A DNA stretch of 64,000 nucleotides from Eledone cirrhosa (Eukaryota): the NCBI GenBank assembly GCA_964016885.1, contig OZ024746.1:78926001-78990000 (forward strand). Reading direction: 5' to 3'. Made by a program: the position numbers and the translations under genes. The notes beneath the pieces are model-generated. The model saw nothing but the letters and a program-made list of their open reading frames with translations. It was not told where the DNA came from and did not search any database. Of this stretch, positions 1 to 18,579 are shown piece after piece. Numbering within the stretch: position 1 is the stretch's first letter; each line of letters opens with the position of its first letter.

Positions 1-1181
1 TGCCACCACCATCACCACCACCACAACAACAACAACAACACACCAACACAATACTGCCACCACCACTACTACACATAAAATCACCAACACTACCACACAT
101 GTTACCAGCTCCACCACGACGACGACGACCACCACCACCAACACCATCACCACCACCAACACCACCACCATCACCACTACCACTACCAACACCACTTCCA
201 CCACCACCATCACCACTACCACCACCACTACCAACACCACCACTAACACCACCAATACCACTTCCACCACCTCCACTACCACTACCACCACCACCATCAT
301 ACCACCGCCATCACCACTACCACCACCACAACCACCACCACCACCACTACGACCACCGACAACGCCTAAACGACCACCATCGACATCACCAGCACCACCA
401 GCACCACCACCACTACCATCACCACCTCCACCACCACAACAACACACCAACACCACCACCACCACCACCACCATATCACCACCACCCTTTCACCACCACC
501 ACCATACCAACACCACCAACACCACCACCACCACCACCACGATACCAACACCACCACCACCACCAACATCATATCACCACCACCACCATACCAACACCAT
601 ATCACCACTACCACCCTTTCACCACCACCACCACCACCACCACCACGATACCAACACCACCACCACCACCATACCACCACCACCACCACCACCACCATAC
701 CACCACCACCACCATACCAACACCATATCACCACCACCATACCAACACCACCAACACCACCACCACCACCATACCACCACCATACCACCACCACTACCAC
801 CATACCAACACCACCAACACCACCACCACCACGATACCAGCACAACCACCACCACCAACACCATATCACCACCACCACCACCCTTTCACCACCACCACGA
901 TACCAACACCACCACCACCACCATACCACCACCACCACCATACCAACACCATATCACCACCACCATACCAACACCACCAACACCATACCATCACCACCAC
1001 TACCATGCCAACACCACCAACACCACCACCACCACGATACCAGCACAACCACCACCACCACCATATCACCACCACCACCACGACCCTTTCACCACCACCA
1101 CCATACCAACACCACCACCACCACCATGCCACCACCACCATACCACCATACCACCACCATACCAACACCACCAACACCACC
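1..1181. repeat. (CAC/ACC)-rich low-complexity trinucleotide satellite
   Basis: Degenerate CACCAC/ATACCAACAC units throughout; poly-Pro/His/Thr ORFs in several frames are artefacts. Confidence 0.9.
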
Positions 1182-1499
1182 TTTTCTGGGCCACTTTCCC
1201 TGATGTTTTCATCAACATACTCTGTAATCTTCTCTAGTAACCTCTAATACACAGCGTTCATCTGATATAATCCTCCATTAATGAACAAAATCATCTCTTT
1301 TTTATTTTTTTATTATTATTATATATGTTTTTATGTATTTGTATTCTTGTTTATTTGTTTGGTTTATTTTATTTTCTTATAGATTTTGTTGTTATTGTCA
1401 GAGTTGTTGTAGTCGTTATTGTTGTAGGAGGCGTAAAAGCATCTTTTTTTTTGTAGTGATTCTTGTTATTGTTGTAGGAACACATTTTTGTAGTCGCCA

Positions 1500-2054
1500 T
1501 TATTGTTGTAAGAACATATTATTGTTGTTGCTGTTGTTGTTGTTGTAAGAACATATCATTGTTATTGTTGTTATTGTTGTAAGAACATATCATTGTTATT
1601 GTTGTTATTGTTGTAAGAACATATTGTTGTTGTTGTTTTAAGAAGATATTGTTATTGTTATTGTTGTTGTTGTTGTTGTTGTTGTAAGAACATATCATTG
1701 TTGTTGTTGTTATTATTGTTGTTGTAATAACATATCATTGTTATTGTTGTTATTGTAAGAACATATCATTGTTGTTATTGTTGTTGTTGTAATAACATAT
1801 CACTGTCATTGTTGTTGTTGTTGTTATAAGAACATATCATTGTTACTGTTGTTGTTGTTGTTGTTATAAGAACATATTGTTATTGTTGTTGTTGTAAGAA
1901 CATATTGTTATTGTTGTTGTTGTAAGCACATATTTTGTTGCTGTCGTTGTTACTACTGTTGTAAGAACATATGGTTGTTGTTGTTGTTATTGTTGGTGAT
2001 GGTGATGGTGTTTCTATTTTGGTTGCTTTTGTTGTAACAGCAATTTTGCAGTTG

Positions 2055-2109
<55 letters not shown>

Positions 2110-2300
2110 CATCATTCTTCTTCTTATTGTTGATGTAGTTGTTGTAGTTGTAAGAAAATATCTATTTGTTGTTGCTCATGACATTGTTTTTGTTGGTTAT
2201 TGTGTGTTCTTAATTGTTGTTGTTGTTGCTATTGTTGTTGTTGTTATTGTTGTTGTTGCTATTGCTGTTTTTTGTTTCTGTTGTTATTGTTGTTGTCGTT
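1500..2300. repeat. (TTG)n/(TTA)n low-complexity array with recurring GTAAGAACATAT subunit
   Basis: More than 10 repeats of ttgttgtaagaacatat(c)attg followed by (TTA)n. Confidence 0.85.
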
Positions 2301-2481
2301 GTTTCGCTTTTTCGTTTGCTTTTCTTACTTTTTCTTCGATTTTACAATCTAATCTATAATCTGTTCTATGATTCTTAAGCAAAGATAGATAATGTAAGTT
2401 TCTCAACGTGTATATATATGTGTGTGCGTATATATATATATATATATATATATAGATACATATGTGTGTATATATATATAT

Positions 2482-2535
<54 letters not shown>

Positions 2536-2611
2536 ATCTGTGTATATATATATATACACACACATATATATATACACACACACACATATATATATATATA
2601 TACACACACAC

Positions 2612-2697
<86 letters not shown>

Positions 2698-2848
2698 TAT
2701 GTATACGTATGTAAGTAAGTTATGCATATACGTGTGTATGATATATGTATACAATGACTAAACGAAATTACGTTCATCGTTGATGGAAAGCGGAAGTAGA
2801 AGAATAAAAGAATAAAATAGGACATGTTATATATTGGTCTTTGTATTC

Positions 2849-2887
<39 letters not shown>

Positions 2888-3109
2888 ACATACATATATA
2901 TACATACATCATATATATACATACATATATATATACATATATACATACATACATATCCATACATAAATACATACTTATATACATACATATAAAATACATA
3001 TATATATACACATATATATATATATTTATATATATATACATATATATATATATACATATATATATATACTTATATATATATACATATATATATACATATA
3101 TTTGTACAT

Positions 3110-3154
<45 letters not shown>

Positions 3155-3166
3155 ATACATAAATAG

Positions 3167-3223
<57 letters not shown>

Positions 3224-3228
3224 AATAG

Positions 3229-3277
<49 letters not shown>

Positions 3278-3282
3278 AATAG

Positions 3283-3333
<51 letters not shown>

Positions 3334-3949
3334 CATATATGCATACACAGCTATATAATTATACAAATATTAAAAAAATACCTACCCAAAGCGAAATAAT
3401 CATGAGCAATAACAATAATAATAATAAAACTAATAACAATAACAATAATGACAATAGTGATGGTAATGAATATAAAAACTAAACAACAACAAAAAACAAC
3501 AACCACAACGACAACAACTACAACACTATACGAAGTAATGAATTCAGACAGACTAATTTTGTTCCCCTTCAACAAAACGAATCGTGGAACCAACGACACT
3601 AACGAGTCCTCCCATCATTCTACTTTGCGTTCGTTCTATATTTTATAGTTATTGTTTATTGTTTTACATCTCAGTTCCTTTAAGCATCAATTGCGTTGTT
3701 TCTAGATGTGGTTTTATTTTTTTTTCTTCTACGATAGTTTTTCTTCTTCTTTTTTTTCTTCTTTATTTAGTGATGTTAAACCCATTTTTTTCTTTTTGTT
3801 TCTTTCCAGGAATCTTCAATGGTTGATGGATGCTGGAAGTCGGTAGAAGAAGTATGCTGCATATTTGTAATTAATAAAGATGACTTGTGGTAGAAGAGTA
3901 GAATAGGTTTCTTTATTATTTACCTAGGCGGTCATAGATGCGAAATAGC

Positions 3950-4002
<53 letters not shown>

Positions 4003-4007
<5 letters not shown>

Positions 4008-6254
4008 GAAATGGGTGGTGGTTGAAATTCAGTTGTGCACGGTTAAATGGTAGTAGACGTGGTCGGACGGACATGAAAATTTACACACCTATGTAAAAAG
4101 TGCCAAGGAAGCAAATAGACGAGGTTTCAAATCTCTAACTGGAAAAATGTGGTCCCTAGGGCCCCCAAACGGTCTATTTACTAGCGCTTTCGGTGAGTTA
4201 TTTCCCCCTGTTCTAATACTTCGATGAGTTATTTTTCGTAGTCGCTTTCAATATTCATTGTCTTATTTACAATTTCATACACATTTTTAAACTCATCAAT
4301 TTTTTCATAACATATCAAACACAACGTTCTTTCGCTGTTAACATTTTACGAAATGCCAAACCGAAAACGGTCAGTGTTTTCCATCAAAAGAAATAAAACC
4401 CTTAAATTGCGAAGAAGGGAGGCGTGTTCTCAGGTACGTTTTTTCCGATATCATTTTTATTTTAATTCTAATACATGTTAACCACCACTAATAGTAAGTA
4501 GTATTTTTCAAAGTCAAATGAAAAGTTTAAAGAATACATGCATGTAAACTTAATGAATGGGATCTATAAACGTTTGGTTGCCGAGTTAATTAATTCAGTT
4601 TTTTTTTAATATCCATTGTCTTATTTAAAATAACATATCAAAGACAACGTTATTTCGCTGTTAATAAACTGTTGCCTTCTACAGTACGTTTCATTTTCAT
4701 TATTACAATTACAGTTGCTCTATATTAAATTTGAATACTTCTATAACGATCATACAGTACCGTTTTATGAAATCGATTCTGCAGTAGAATTTTACGAAAT
4801 GCCAAACCGAAAAAGGTCACTGTTTTCTAACAAAAGAAATAAAACCCTTACATTGCCAAACCCCTGTTCTATTACTGGGGTTAGTTATTTCCCCCTCTTC
4901 TAATAAACGTCTAATATATAGAGGCCCCTCTTGCTGACCAGGGCAATCAAAGTGTAAACTATCATACAAACCTTCATAATCTGCATTTTTAAACTTGCAT
5001 ATCATCGACATTGCTATTTCGCTGTTAATATACCTGCAGAATAAATCGTGGAGACTCTAAAGGATACCTTATTTCTGAGTGCTGTTTAATCATTTGGGAC
5101 GAGGCTACAATGAGTCACAAGGCAGCGTTTGAGGCTCTAGGCCGAACTCTCAAGGACTTGCGTCGAAATTCACACGTAATGGGTGGAGCGACAGTACTGA
5201 TGGCTGGCGATTTTCGGCAGATTCTTCCTGTAATCACTAGAGGCACTAGAGCTGACGAAGTTAACGCATGTATGAAGTCTTCCTACCTATGGCAGTATGT
5301 CCAGAAACTAAACCTGACTACTAACATGAGAGTGCATGTGCATGGCGACGCAGAATCTGAGGTTTTCTCAAAACAGCTACTGGAAGTTGGTAATGGAACT
5401 ACACCTGGAATCGATGAACAGCACATCCGTCTGCCGTTTGGAAACTTTGTATCAAGCATAGAGGAATTAATGTCATCTGTTTTCCCAGACCTCGAAGCAC
5501 GATTCCTTGATCACAACTGGCTGCAAGGGAGAGCTATTTTAGCACAACATAATGCCACCGTTTACGCAATGAATCAACACCTGCTTGATCAGATTCCAGG
5601 AGGTGAAGTCTCCTTCAAGTCAATTGACACCAACAAAAACGCGGACGACGCCGTCAAATATCCCATTGAATTCCTCAACAGTCAATAACCTCCCGGACTT
5701 CCACCTCATGACCTTAGACTGAAGGTTGGTGTTCCAGTTATGCTGCTAAGAAACGTGGAACCACCACAACTATGTAACGGGACACGTTTGATCATCAAAA
5801 GAATTGTGACACGAATTCTTACGACAAAAATTCTGAGCGGACCGTCTGCTGGCGTGACAAAGTTATTATCCCCCATAAGCGTTAGTTACTCTGACGTCCC
5901 ATTTGATTTAATGAGACGGCAGTTTCCCGTAAAACTATACGTCGGGTGCTCACGCGTCAGCAGTCCACACAATCTCTACATTTGTGGTAATCTGGGTAAT
6001 ACCAGGAACGTTGTTTACAAAGAAGCACTGCAACAACACCTTTGAAGCTTCCGCCATTCCTCTTCCGTCGCCACTCAACGTCTCTCAACGCTTTTCACGT
6101 CGCTCCACTTCTCATTGTACGCCGTCCAGCCCAGAGTGCATATTTCTATTTTTTTTTACTGATACTGCTTCTTTATAATAAACTTTCAATAATATTTTTC
6201 AAATTATTAACTTAATAAAAAGTGGCTCCGGGTGCAACCGGGCTCAGCTGCTAG
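4003..6254 (+). mobile_element. Non-autonomous, internally deleted Helitron
   Basis: Pif1 helicase remnant, subterminal hairpin GC(T)CCGGGTGCAACCGGGC at 6225-6243, terminal CTAG at 6251-6254 followed by T; flanked by (TA)n; 5' end not resolved. Confidence 0.8.
5041..6045 (+). pseudogene. Helitron Rep/Hel Pif1-family helicase C-terminal half (pseudogene)
   Basis: LIIWDEATMSHK (Walker B), [67 protein letters not shown]; in-frame TAA 5686-5688; the usual TINKSQGQ..FSHGQL segment is missing. Confidence 0.92.
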
Positions 6255-6337
6255 TATATATATATATACAAAATATATATATATATATTTTCCATATATA
6301 TATATATATATATATTTGAAAAAAAAAATATATATAT

Positions 6338-6404
<67 letters not shown>

Positions 6405-6615
6405 AGTATGTACACATACATATATATATGTATACAGACGTACAGACGTACAGTAGTATGTATATATATACATACATGCACACATATATATATGTACGTA
6501 TGGATTTACCGAACATTTATTATAATGCTCGGTGTGTTTGTAAACAAACATCCCGAATTAAGCCGTACAGTGTTTAGCAACCATCGTTGCTCATTTGTTC
6601 AACACTGACAAAGGA

Positions 6616-6658
6616 ACGATGTACTAGTTTCAAGCTTATTAGCAACCGTCAGCACCGT
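6616..6658 (-). ncRNA. Mirror hammerhead copy, core mutated (CTGACGG)
   Basis: Reverse complement acggtg-CTGACGG-ttgctaataagctt-GAAA-ctag-TA|catcgt. Confidence 0.6.
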
Positions 6659-6934
6659 ATACCTTCCTGCCAGATGATTGAACGTCTGAAAGTATATACT
6701 TTCCTTATGCATATTAACGGCTAAGCAGCCTAATTTGCATATCGAGTGAGTTAATCGGCCGGGCGCACCGAAAACAATAAATGGAAAAAATGAAAGGAAA
6801 TTTCATTTCTCACTCACGTTTTCGGTGGGCCCGGCCGATTAACTCACTCGGTATGCAAATTAGGCTGCCCAGCCGTTAATATGCATAAGAAAAGTATATA
6901 CTTTCAGTCGTTCAATCATCTGGCAGGAAGGTAT

Positions 6935-6977
6935 ACGATGCTGACGATAGCTAATAAACTTGAAACTAGTACATCGT
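6935..6977 (+). ncRNA. Minimal type I hammerhead ribozyme
   Basis: acgatg-CTGACGA-tagctaataaactt-GAAA-ctag-TA|catcgt; 6-bp stem I, palindromic stem III ACTAGT; stem II has a mismatch. Confidence 0.8.
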
Positions 6978-7255
6978 TCCTTTGTCAGTGTTGAACAAAA
7001 GGGCAACGATGGTTGCTAAACACTGTACGGCTTAATTCGGGATATTTGTTTACAAACACACCGAGCATTATAATAAATGTTCGGTAAATCCATACGTACA
7101 TATATATATGTGTGCATGTATATATATATATATATACTACTGTACGTCTGTATACATATATATATATATATGTACGTATACATAATTATATTTAAGTAAC
7201 AGCCGTACTAAGAGTGAGTCAGAAATGAAATTTCGTTTCATTTTTTTCCATTTAT

Positions 7256-7346
7256 ATATATATATATACAATATATATATATATATATATATCTGTGTAT
7301 ATATATATATTTTTTTTCATATATATATATATATATACACACACAC

Positions 7347-7407
<61 letters not shown>

Positions 7408-7728
7408 CATACATATACATACATATATATATATATACATACATATACATACATATATATATACATACATATACATACATATACATACATATATATATAT
7501 ATACATACATATACATACATATATATATATATATACATACATATACATACATATATATACATACATATACATACATATATATATATATATACATACATAT
7601 ACATACATATACATATATATATACATACATATACATACATATACATATATATATACATACATATACATACATATACATACATATATATATATACATACAT
7701 ATACATACATATACATACATATATATAT

Positions 7729-7767
<39 letters not shown>

Positions 7768-7804
7768 CATATACATACATATATATATATATATATACAT
7801 ACAT

Positions 7805-7847
<43 letters not shown>

Positions 7848-7854
7848 CATACAT

Positions 7855-7885
<31 letters not shown>

Positions 7886-7888
7886 CAT

Positions 7889-7927
<39 letters not shown>

Positions 7928-7934
7928 CATACAT

Positions 7935-7965
<31 letters not shown>

Positions 7966-8148
7966 CATATACATACATATATATATATATATATATACAT
8001 ACATATACATACATATATATATATATATATACATATACATACATATACATACATATATATACATACATATACATACATATATATATATATATATACATAC
8101 ATATACATACATATACATACATATATATATACATACATATACATACAT

Positions 8149-8225
<77 letters not shown>
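7256..8225. repeat. Compound (TA)n/(TACA)n microsatellite ending in (GA)n
   Basis: Direct inspection. Confidence 0.95.
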
Positions 8226-8227
<2 letters not shown>

Positions 8228-8318
8228 GAGATCAGGATGGAAATGGAATCAGTTTGAAACTGGTCAGACCATTACTCACCAGAGTACTCAATTTGGGGTA
8301 GTAGAGACCGAGCTAGAA

Positions 8319-8398
<80 letters not shown>

Positions 8399-8405
8399 AA
8401 GTATT

Positions 8406-10080
8406 TAACCTCAGAACGAAGTGAGCCTATAAACGGCAGATGGAATTTGCCAAGCGAAAACATGCATTAACAAGAGCCTCAATAAGAGCAAAGGAACCCT
8501 TCATTTGCTGCCGTTGCAAATCAAAACCCAAATAAGGGAGTGCACTCAATGACAGGCAAGAAAAGAAGAGCCGTAAAGGTGTTTCATAAATGATAGTGCA
8601 CCTTTTCACGAAGAATTTATCCAGGTAAGTGAGAGGAGTAAGGTTATACACCTCTTGTTTTCAAAAACAGTGAATATTCCATACGTCCTAAACAGAGAAA
8701 TTGGAGGAAACCCAAGTCGCTGTGCAGTATGATGTGTACTCAATTGAACGAAGAAGAGCAAATAGACGCGTGTGTAGAGTTTAAAACCGAGGTTGAGATG
8801 GGGAGACGAACTGAGCTGTTCCGCCACACATATGTTCACAAACTGATGTCGTAGTAGGTGGTGGAAAAATATGAAAGTCACAGTCAGAGATATTGCGAAT
8901 AACATTGATCCTCGGCTTCGCGTCTCCATTGCGGTAAGATACAAAAAGGTGGTTGCCTAGGAGTGATCTGTAACAAAGTGGCAGGACGGAACCTGCATGG
9001 GAATTTAGATTCTACTGAAAAAACACCAAGCTATCTCGGAAGCTGTATTCCAGCAAAAGAGTGAAGGAGGGGGCACTCAAACTAAAGGAGCGAGTCAGAA
9101 TGGTACTGGAGATCTTCGCCGAAAAAGAAAATGAAAAGATGAAGCGAAAAAAGAAGGCTATAGATAGTAGCAGCAGAAGCAGTAATAACAGCAACAGGTC
9201 CCAATGGTGCTGCTGTTTCCAGAACATCAGCAGTTACAGCTACGGGAATAATCAGAGCGAATCCATACGAAATAATTACATTCTTATTACCAGCAACACT
9301 AAGAGTTGTTAATCACTGTGAATCCAGCACGGAATTTACTGTTAGAGGCTACAAGCAATAAAGCTACATAATCGTCTTTTGGTTAGAGGCTACAAGCAAT
9401 AAAGCTACATAATCGTCTTTCGGTGATGGAGAGAAGATAGGGATTGAAGGATCAAAAAATGTTGAAGACAGTAAAACAAGAAAGAAGAGTAAGAAAAAAG
9501 ATTGAAATTAGACAAAAAGCAAACAAATCTCTCGGGAAGAGAACAGCCTCTTTTTGGGCTTCAAAATTGTCTGAATCATTAGCAAAATCTTGATTGAAAT
9601 GCTGAATAAGCTGAAGTTGAAAGATAGAAGATTATATGGTTTTATAGAACACAAGCATGACAGACATTTAGTAACACACAACACAAGTAACACATATCAT
9701 AAGCTAACGATCTCCTCTTCATAGGGTACGGGAGATATCAAGGTTCACGATAACTTAAAAATACCGTGGAGCAATTTCAGAGGACTCCTCAGTTTGCAAA
9801 AAGTGATCGTAGTTGGCATTAGTCAGAATCATAAGGTGCCCTAATCCTACCTAACTGTTAGGTTACATGGTACTTATTTGTGTATCAAATTTGTCACTTG
9901 TCTTAATGTATTTTCTACTGATTTAGCTTCACCTTCTCGCTTAGTGTATATGTATGTGTAGTGCATATGTATGTGTAGTGCATATGTATGTGTAGTGCAT
10001 ATGTATGTGTATGTTTTGTAAACCCTTTTGTATGACACACTTTGTATTATTAGAATTGTCCTTTCTCGACATTAAAGAAA
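8406..10080 (+). mobile_element. Possible decayed L1/Tx1-like LINE derivative
   Basis: Broken reading frames (KVTVRDIANNIDPR, K/R-rich stretch) and a 3' end (tgtaaacccttttgtat...attaaagaaa) resembling that of the Tx1 fragment at 23.9 kb; 41-bp tandem duplication 9341-9420. Confidence 0.3.
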
Positions 10081-10170
10081 GGATTTTTATTATCAATATT
10101 TGTAGCTAATAAAGAAATCATCATTATATAATTACTCCCATTATAACTGGTGATAGAGATGGATGTAGAT

Positions 10171-10222
<52 letters not shown>

Positions 10223-10895
10223 CATTAGTAGTAGTCGCAATAGTAGTAGTAGTAGTAATTTCATTTTGTTCTTGTTGTATTGCTTATGAATTTTTCTTGG
10301 TTGCTGTTGCATTTTTTTTTCTATTATGTTGCTTAAAATAATAAAATATATCATTGTTAATCATCATCATCATCATCATTTGTCGTAAGTGACGTGAAAA
10401 AAAAAATCGATGGAAATGTGTTGGTATTTTGTAAAAAGCAGGAAATTGCATTTAACAATAAGAAAATTAAAATAGGCAACCGTCAAGATAATGTTAATAA
10501 GTGAGTCAAAAAGCTTCAAGTACATTTACTGTATGGTGGGGTGTTGTGGGGGAGTGTATTGGTGAGGCGAGTATGGTATAGACTTAAAGGTGACGGTGGT
10601 GAAGGTGTTGTTGTTGGTGGAGCTTGTGGTTGTGGTAATGTTGGTAAGAACTTGAAGGTGTTGGCGGAGACTGAGGTGAGGAAGGTGGCGGTGGTGGTGG
10701 TGGGATGGGATTGTGTTAGTGCTGGTGTGTGTGTGTGGGGGGGGGGGGATACATTTAGTGGGGATGGTGGTGGCGGTGTTAGTGACGCATGCGCTGAACT
10801 GCGGGGAAATAGGACAACGAAATAACCGAATGCTTTTATAGAAAGAACCTTTGCAGCATAGCAACCAGAAATGTATTAGGTTATAATTCTTTTCC

Positions 10896-11041
<146 letters not shown>

Positions 11042-11060
11042 ATATATATATATGTATATA

Positions 11061-11227
<167 letters not shown>

Positions 11228-11720
11228 ATATATATGTATATATATAATATATGTATGCATGTATAGATATATATATAGATATATATATATATATATGTGT
11301 GTGTGTGTACATATATATATATTTCTCATTTCATTCTGGCTGGGGTTATTTTTTAATATTTTTTATTGTGTTTTAATATTTTTTATTCGTATATTTTATT
11401 TTATAATTTTTTTTTTTGTTTTCTTCTTTTGAATATTCATTTTATCTAACTTTTCATTGTTTTCTTCTTCTGTTTCTGTTATATATCAAAATGATTGGTT
11501 GATCATTAATAGCCAATGGCAATACACACACAGACACACAGAGACACACACACACATATGTGTGTGTGTAAAATATATATATATTTATATCTAATATACA
11601 TACGCACATATGTATATATATTCATACATATAATATACATATGTATGATATATTGTGTATATATAATATACATGTATATAATATACTTATATCAATCTAT
11701 CTATCTATCTGTCTATCTGT

Positions 11721-11752
<32 letters not shown>

Positions 11753-12650
11753 TTATATATATTTATATATATGTATATATAAATATATATATAAATATAT
11801 GTATGTATATATATACATGTATACACCTACCCATGTATATATGCTGCGTTGCTAGTTTTTCATTAGGACTGCAGGAGTCATGGGAAGATGTAGGGTGAGG
11901 GGGGGGGGGGGGGGGGTAAAGATTTCTGATAGTGCAGTAAGGAAAGATAAAGGAAGTATTTGAAGGCAGGAAGGAGAAGGAGAAGAAGAAGAAGTGAAAG
12001 AAGACGTAGAGAAAGAAAAGGAAAAGAAGAAAAAGAAAAAGAGGAAAACGAAAAAGAAAACGGAGAAAAGAATTTTAAAAAGATAAAAAAAAAAGAAGAA
12101 GAAGAAGAAGAAGAAGAAGAAGAAGAAGAAGAAGAAGAAGAAGAAGAAGAAGAAGAAGAAGAAGAAGGGGCTGTGTTGATTATCCGATTATTGAACGATT
12201 ATGAAAATGGAATTTATATTTAAAAAGTTTACATGTTTTCAATAGTATGACAAGCCCTATGTGGTTCAAGGGAGATGAGCATTGGGTATTATAGGGTGTC
12301 CATCGTTTAAACAAACGTGTAAAATTATTTTAAAAAATAACATTTAGCATGATTTGTATGACGAATAAATATATCATGTGTGTTAGAAGATACTGTATGT
12401 TGTAAAATAAAATATATAATGGTAAGAAGCACTGGAGGAAGAGCAGTCATCCAAAGATAAGGAAGATATACGAGTTGGACGCCAGAGAAACGATTGTAAT
12501 ATGTTTAATGAATGTTATTCGTCGCACCACTGATTCTCCGTTTCTTATGTGATATTATACTCTCGTCTGTAAAAGTATCGAGTGCTCAAACAGCCTACCG
12601 CATACGGACGCTTTAAGCATCCCACACCAATTATATATATATGTATATAT

Positions 12651-12831
12651 ATAATATAAGATCAAAAGATGGTTAAAGGAGTTCCATATATTTTATTATG
12701 CGCATTTCAAAAACAAACATCATCAAGCAATAATATTTGTGTTTTCATCAGATAAAACAGGAGAACATGATATGAAGGCTAAAAAACACTATATATGGAA
12801 CTCCTTTAACCATCTTTTGATCTTATATTAT
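12651..12831. mobile_element. Short fold-back element with ~40-bp inverted arms enclosing a hammerhead
   Basis: ataatataagatcaaaagatggttaaaggagttccatata ... tatatggaactcctttaaccatcttttgatcttatattat. Confidence 0.8.
12691..12757 (-). ncRNA. Type I hammerhead ribozyme, intact core
   Basis: ttttat-CTGATGA-aaacac...gttttt-GAAA-tgcgca-TA|ataaaa; perfect 6-bp stem I; palindromic stem III ATGCGCAT. Confidence 0.85.
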
Positions 12832-12917
12832 GCATACTCCAGTCCCACAAACTGTAGAGTGCTTCTTATCCGATATCTGCATTGCTTTATTGTACTACAA
12901 TAAAACTCACCTCCTAC

Positions 12918-16990
<4,073 letters not shown>

Positions 16991-17593
16991 GGTGGCTGCC
17001 AACTCGTTTTCGAGTACGGCCACTACTTTATATCCATGGAGGAGAACCCCTACTGATGCGCTGAACGAGTGTGATATTTTAGTCCAGCCAGCGACTTGAA
17101 AACTCTGGTACAAACACTACACTTGTCACAATTATTGACACATAGTGCTGGGCCCATGGTACCATGTGACGACAAGTGCAGATAGATCTCCAGATATAAA
17201 GCAATGCCTGTGACGTGAAGCTTTTATAGTGAGCAAAGGCACTGCACAAAGCCAGTCCCACTCTCTTAACCAAGATGATATTTACCAAAAAGAAGAACAA
17301 GTCAACATCATTGGATACCATCAGGGTTGCAGGTGTTATATCAGAGTTTTCCTTCTCCTAGAATTCTGCCTTGACAAAGGCTAAGGGGTCATCTCTCCCT
17401 GTGATTTTGGATGGCCATTGACTCTTAAGAGCTCCTTTGCCCTTTGACAGGTCTTGTTTTTAGTCCTGCAGGATGTCCAAAGTCACCCTCCTCACCAAGA
17501 AACCTTGGTGGGGTTGCCAGTTTAGTCGCCAATGACCCGACCATGAGACAGGTTGTACTGGGATACATGTTACCAGTAGCACCAACTGGTGAC
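16991..17593 (-). mobile_element. ~600-bp non-autonomous element, probably bipartite RTE derivative (copy 1)
   Basis: Near-identical to 30858-31464 and 34141-34748; minus-strand end ctcgaaaacgagttggcagccacc resembles RTE 3' tails and ttttccttctcctag..aaggctaa resembles RTE 5' UTRs; inserted in (TA)n. Confidence 0.6.
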
Positions 17594-17662
17594 AAACTAT
17601 ATATATATATACATACATATATATATAAATACATATATATATAAATACATATATATATATAA

Positions 17663-17711
<49 letters not shown>

Positions 17712-17716
17712 CATAC

Positions 17717-17749
<33 letters not shown>

Positions 17750-17754
17750 CATAC

Positions 17755-17787
<33 letters not shown>

Positions 17788-17792
17788 CATAC

Positions 17793-17825
<33 letters not shown>

Positions 17826-17876
17826 CATACATATATATATATATACATACATATATATATATATATATATACATAC

Positions 17877-17911
<35 letters not shown>

Positions 17912-17934
17912 CATACATATATATATATATATAT

Positions 17935-18011
<77 letters not shown>

Positions 18012-18064
18012 CATATATATATATACATACATATATATATATATACATACATATATATATATAT

Positions 18065-18135
<71 letters not shown>

Positions 18136-18164
18136 CATACATATATATATATATATATACATAC

Positions 18165-18211
<47 letters not shown>

Positions 18212-18390
18212 CATACATATATATATATATACATACATATATATATATATATACATACATATATATATATATACATACATATATATATATATACATACAT
18301 ATATATATATATACATACATATATATATATATACATACATATATATATACATACATATATATATACATACATATATATATATATACATAC

Positions 18391-18421
<31 letters not shown>

Positions 18422-18454
18422 CATACATATATATATACATACATATATATATAT

Positions 18455-18503
<49 letters not shown>

Positions 18504-18546
18504 CATATATATATATACATATATATATATACATACATATGTATAT

Positions 18547-18574
<28 letters not shown>

Positions 18575-18579
<5 letters not shown>

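Larger units (their letters stand above)
6430..7255. mobile_element. ORF-less fold-back element with hammerhead ribozyme (Penelope pLTR- or retrozyme-like)
   Basis: Inverted arms ~6430-6775 and 6818-~7150 with about a dozen mismatches; 42-bp spacer reappears reverse-complemented at 7214-7255; (TA)n on both sides. Confidence 0.8.

Noticed and set aside
99-1247. 382-aa Pro/His/Thr-rich ORF
   Set aside because: CAC repeat; composition switches with frame slips, no signal peptide or domain
1183-1275. Minus-strand LLEKITEYVDENIRESGPEKVV as a transposase or exon remnant
   Set aside because: Only ~20 aa, upstream stop, no acceptor tract; cannot be supported without a search
17480-17593. HDV-like ribozyme at the 5' end of the 600-bp element
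   Set aside because: A P1-like pairing (GTCACC/GGTGAC) exists but I could not build P3, P1.1 and P2 of the nested double pseudoknot
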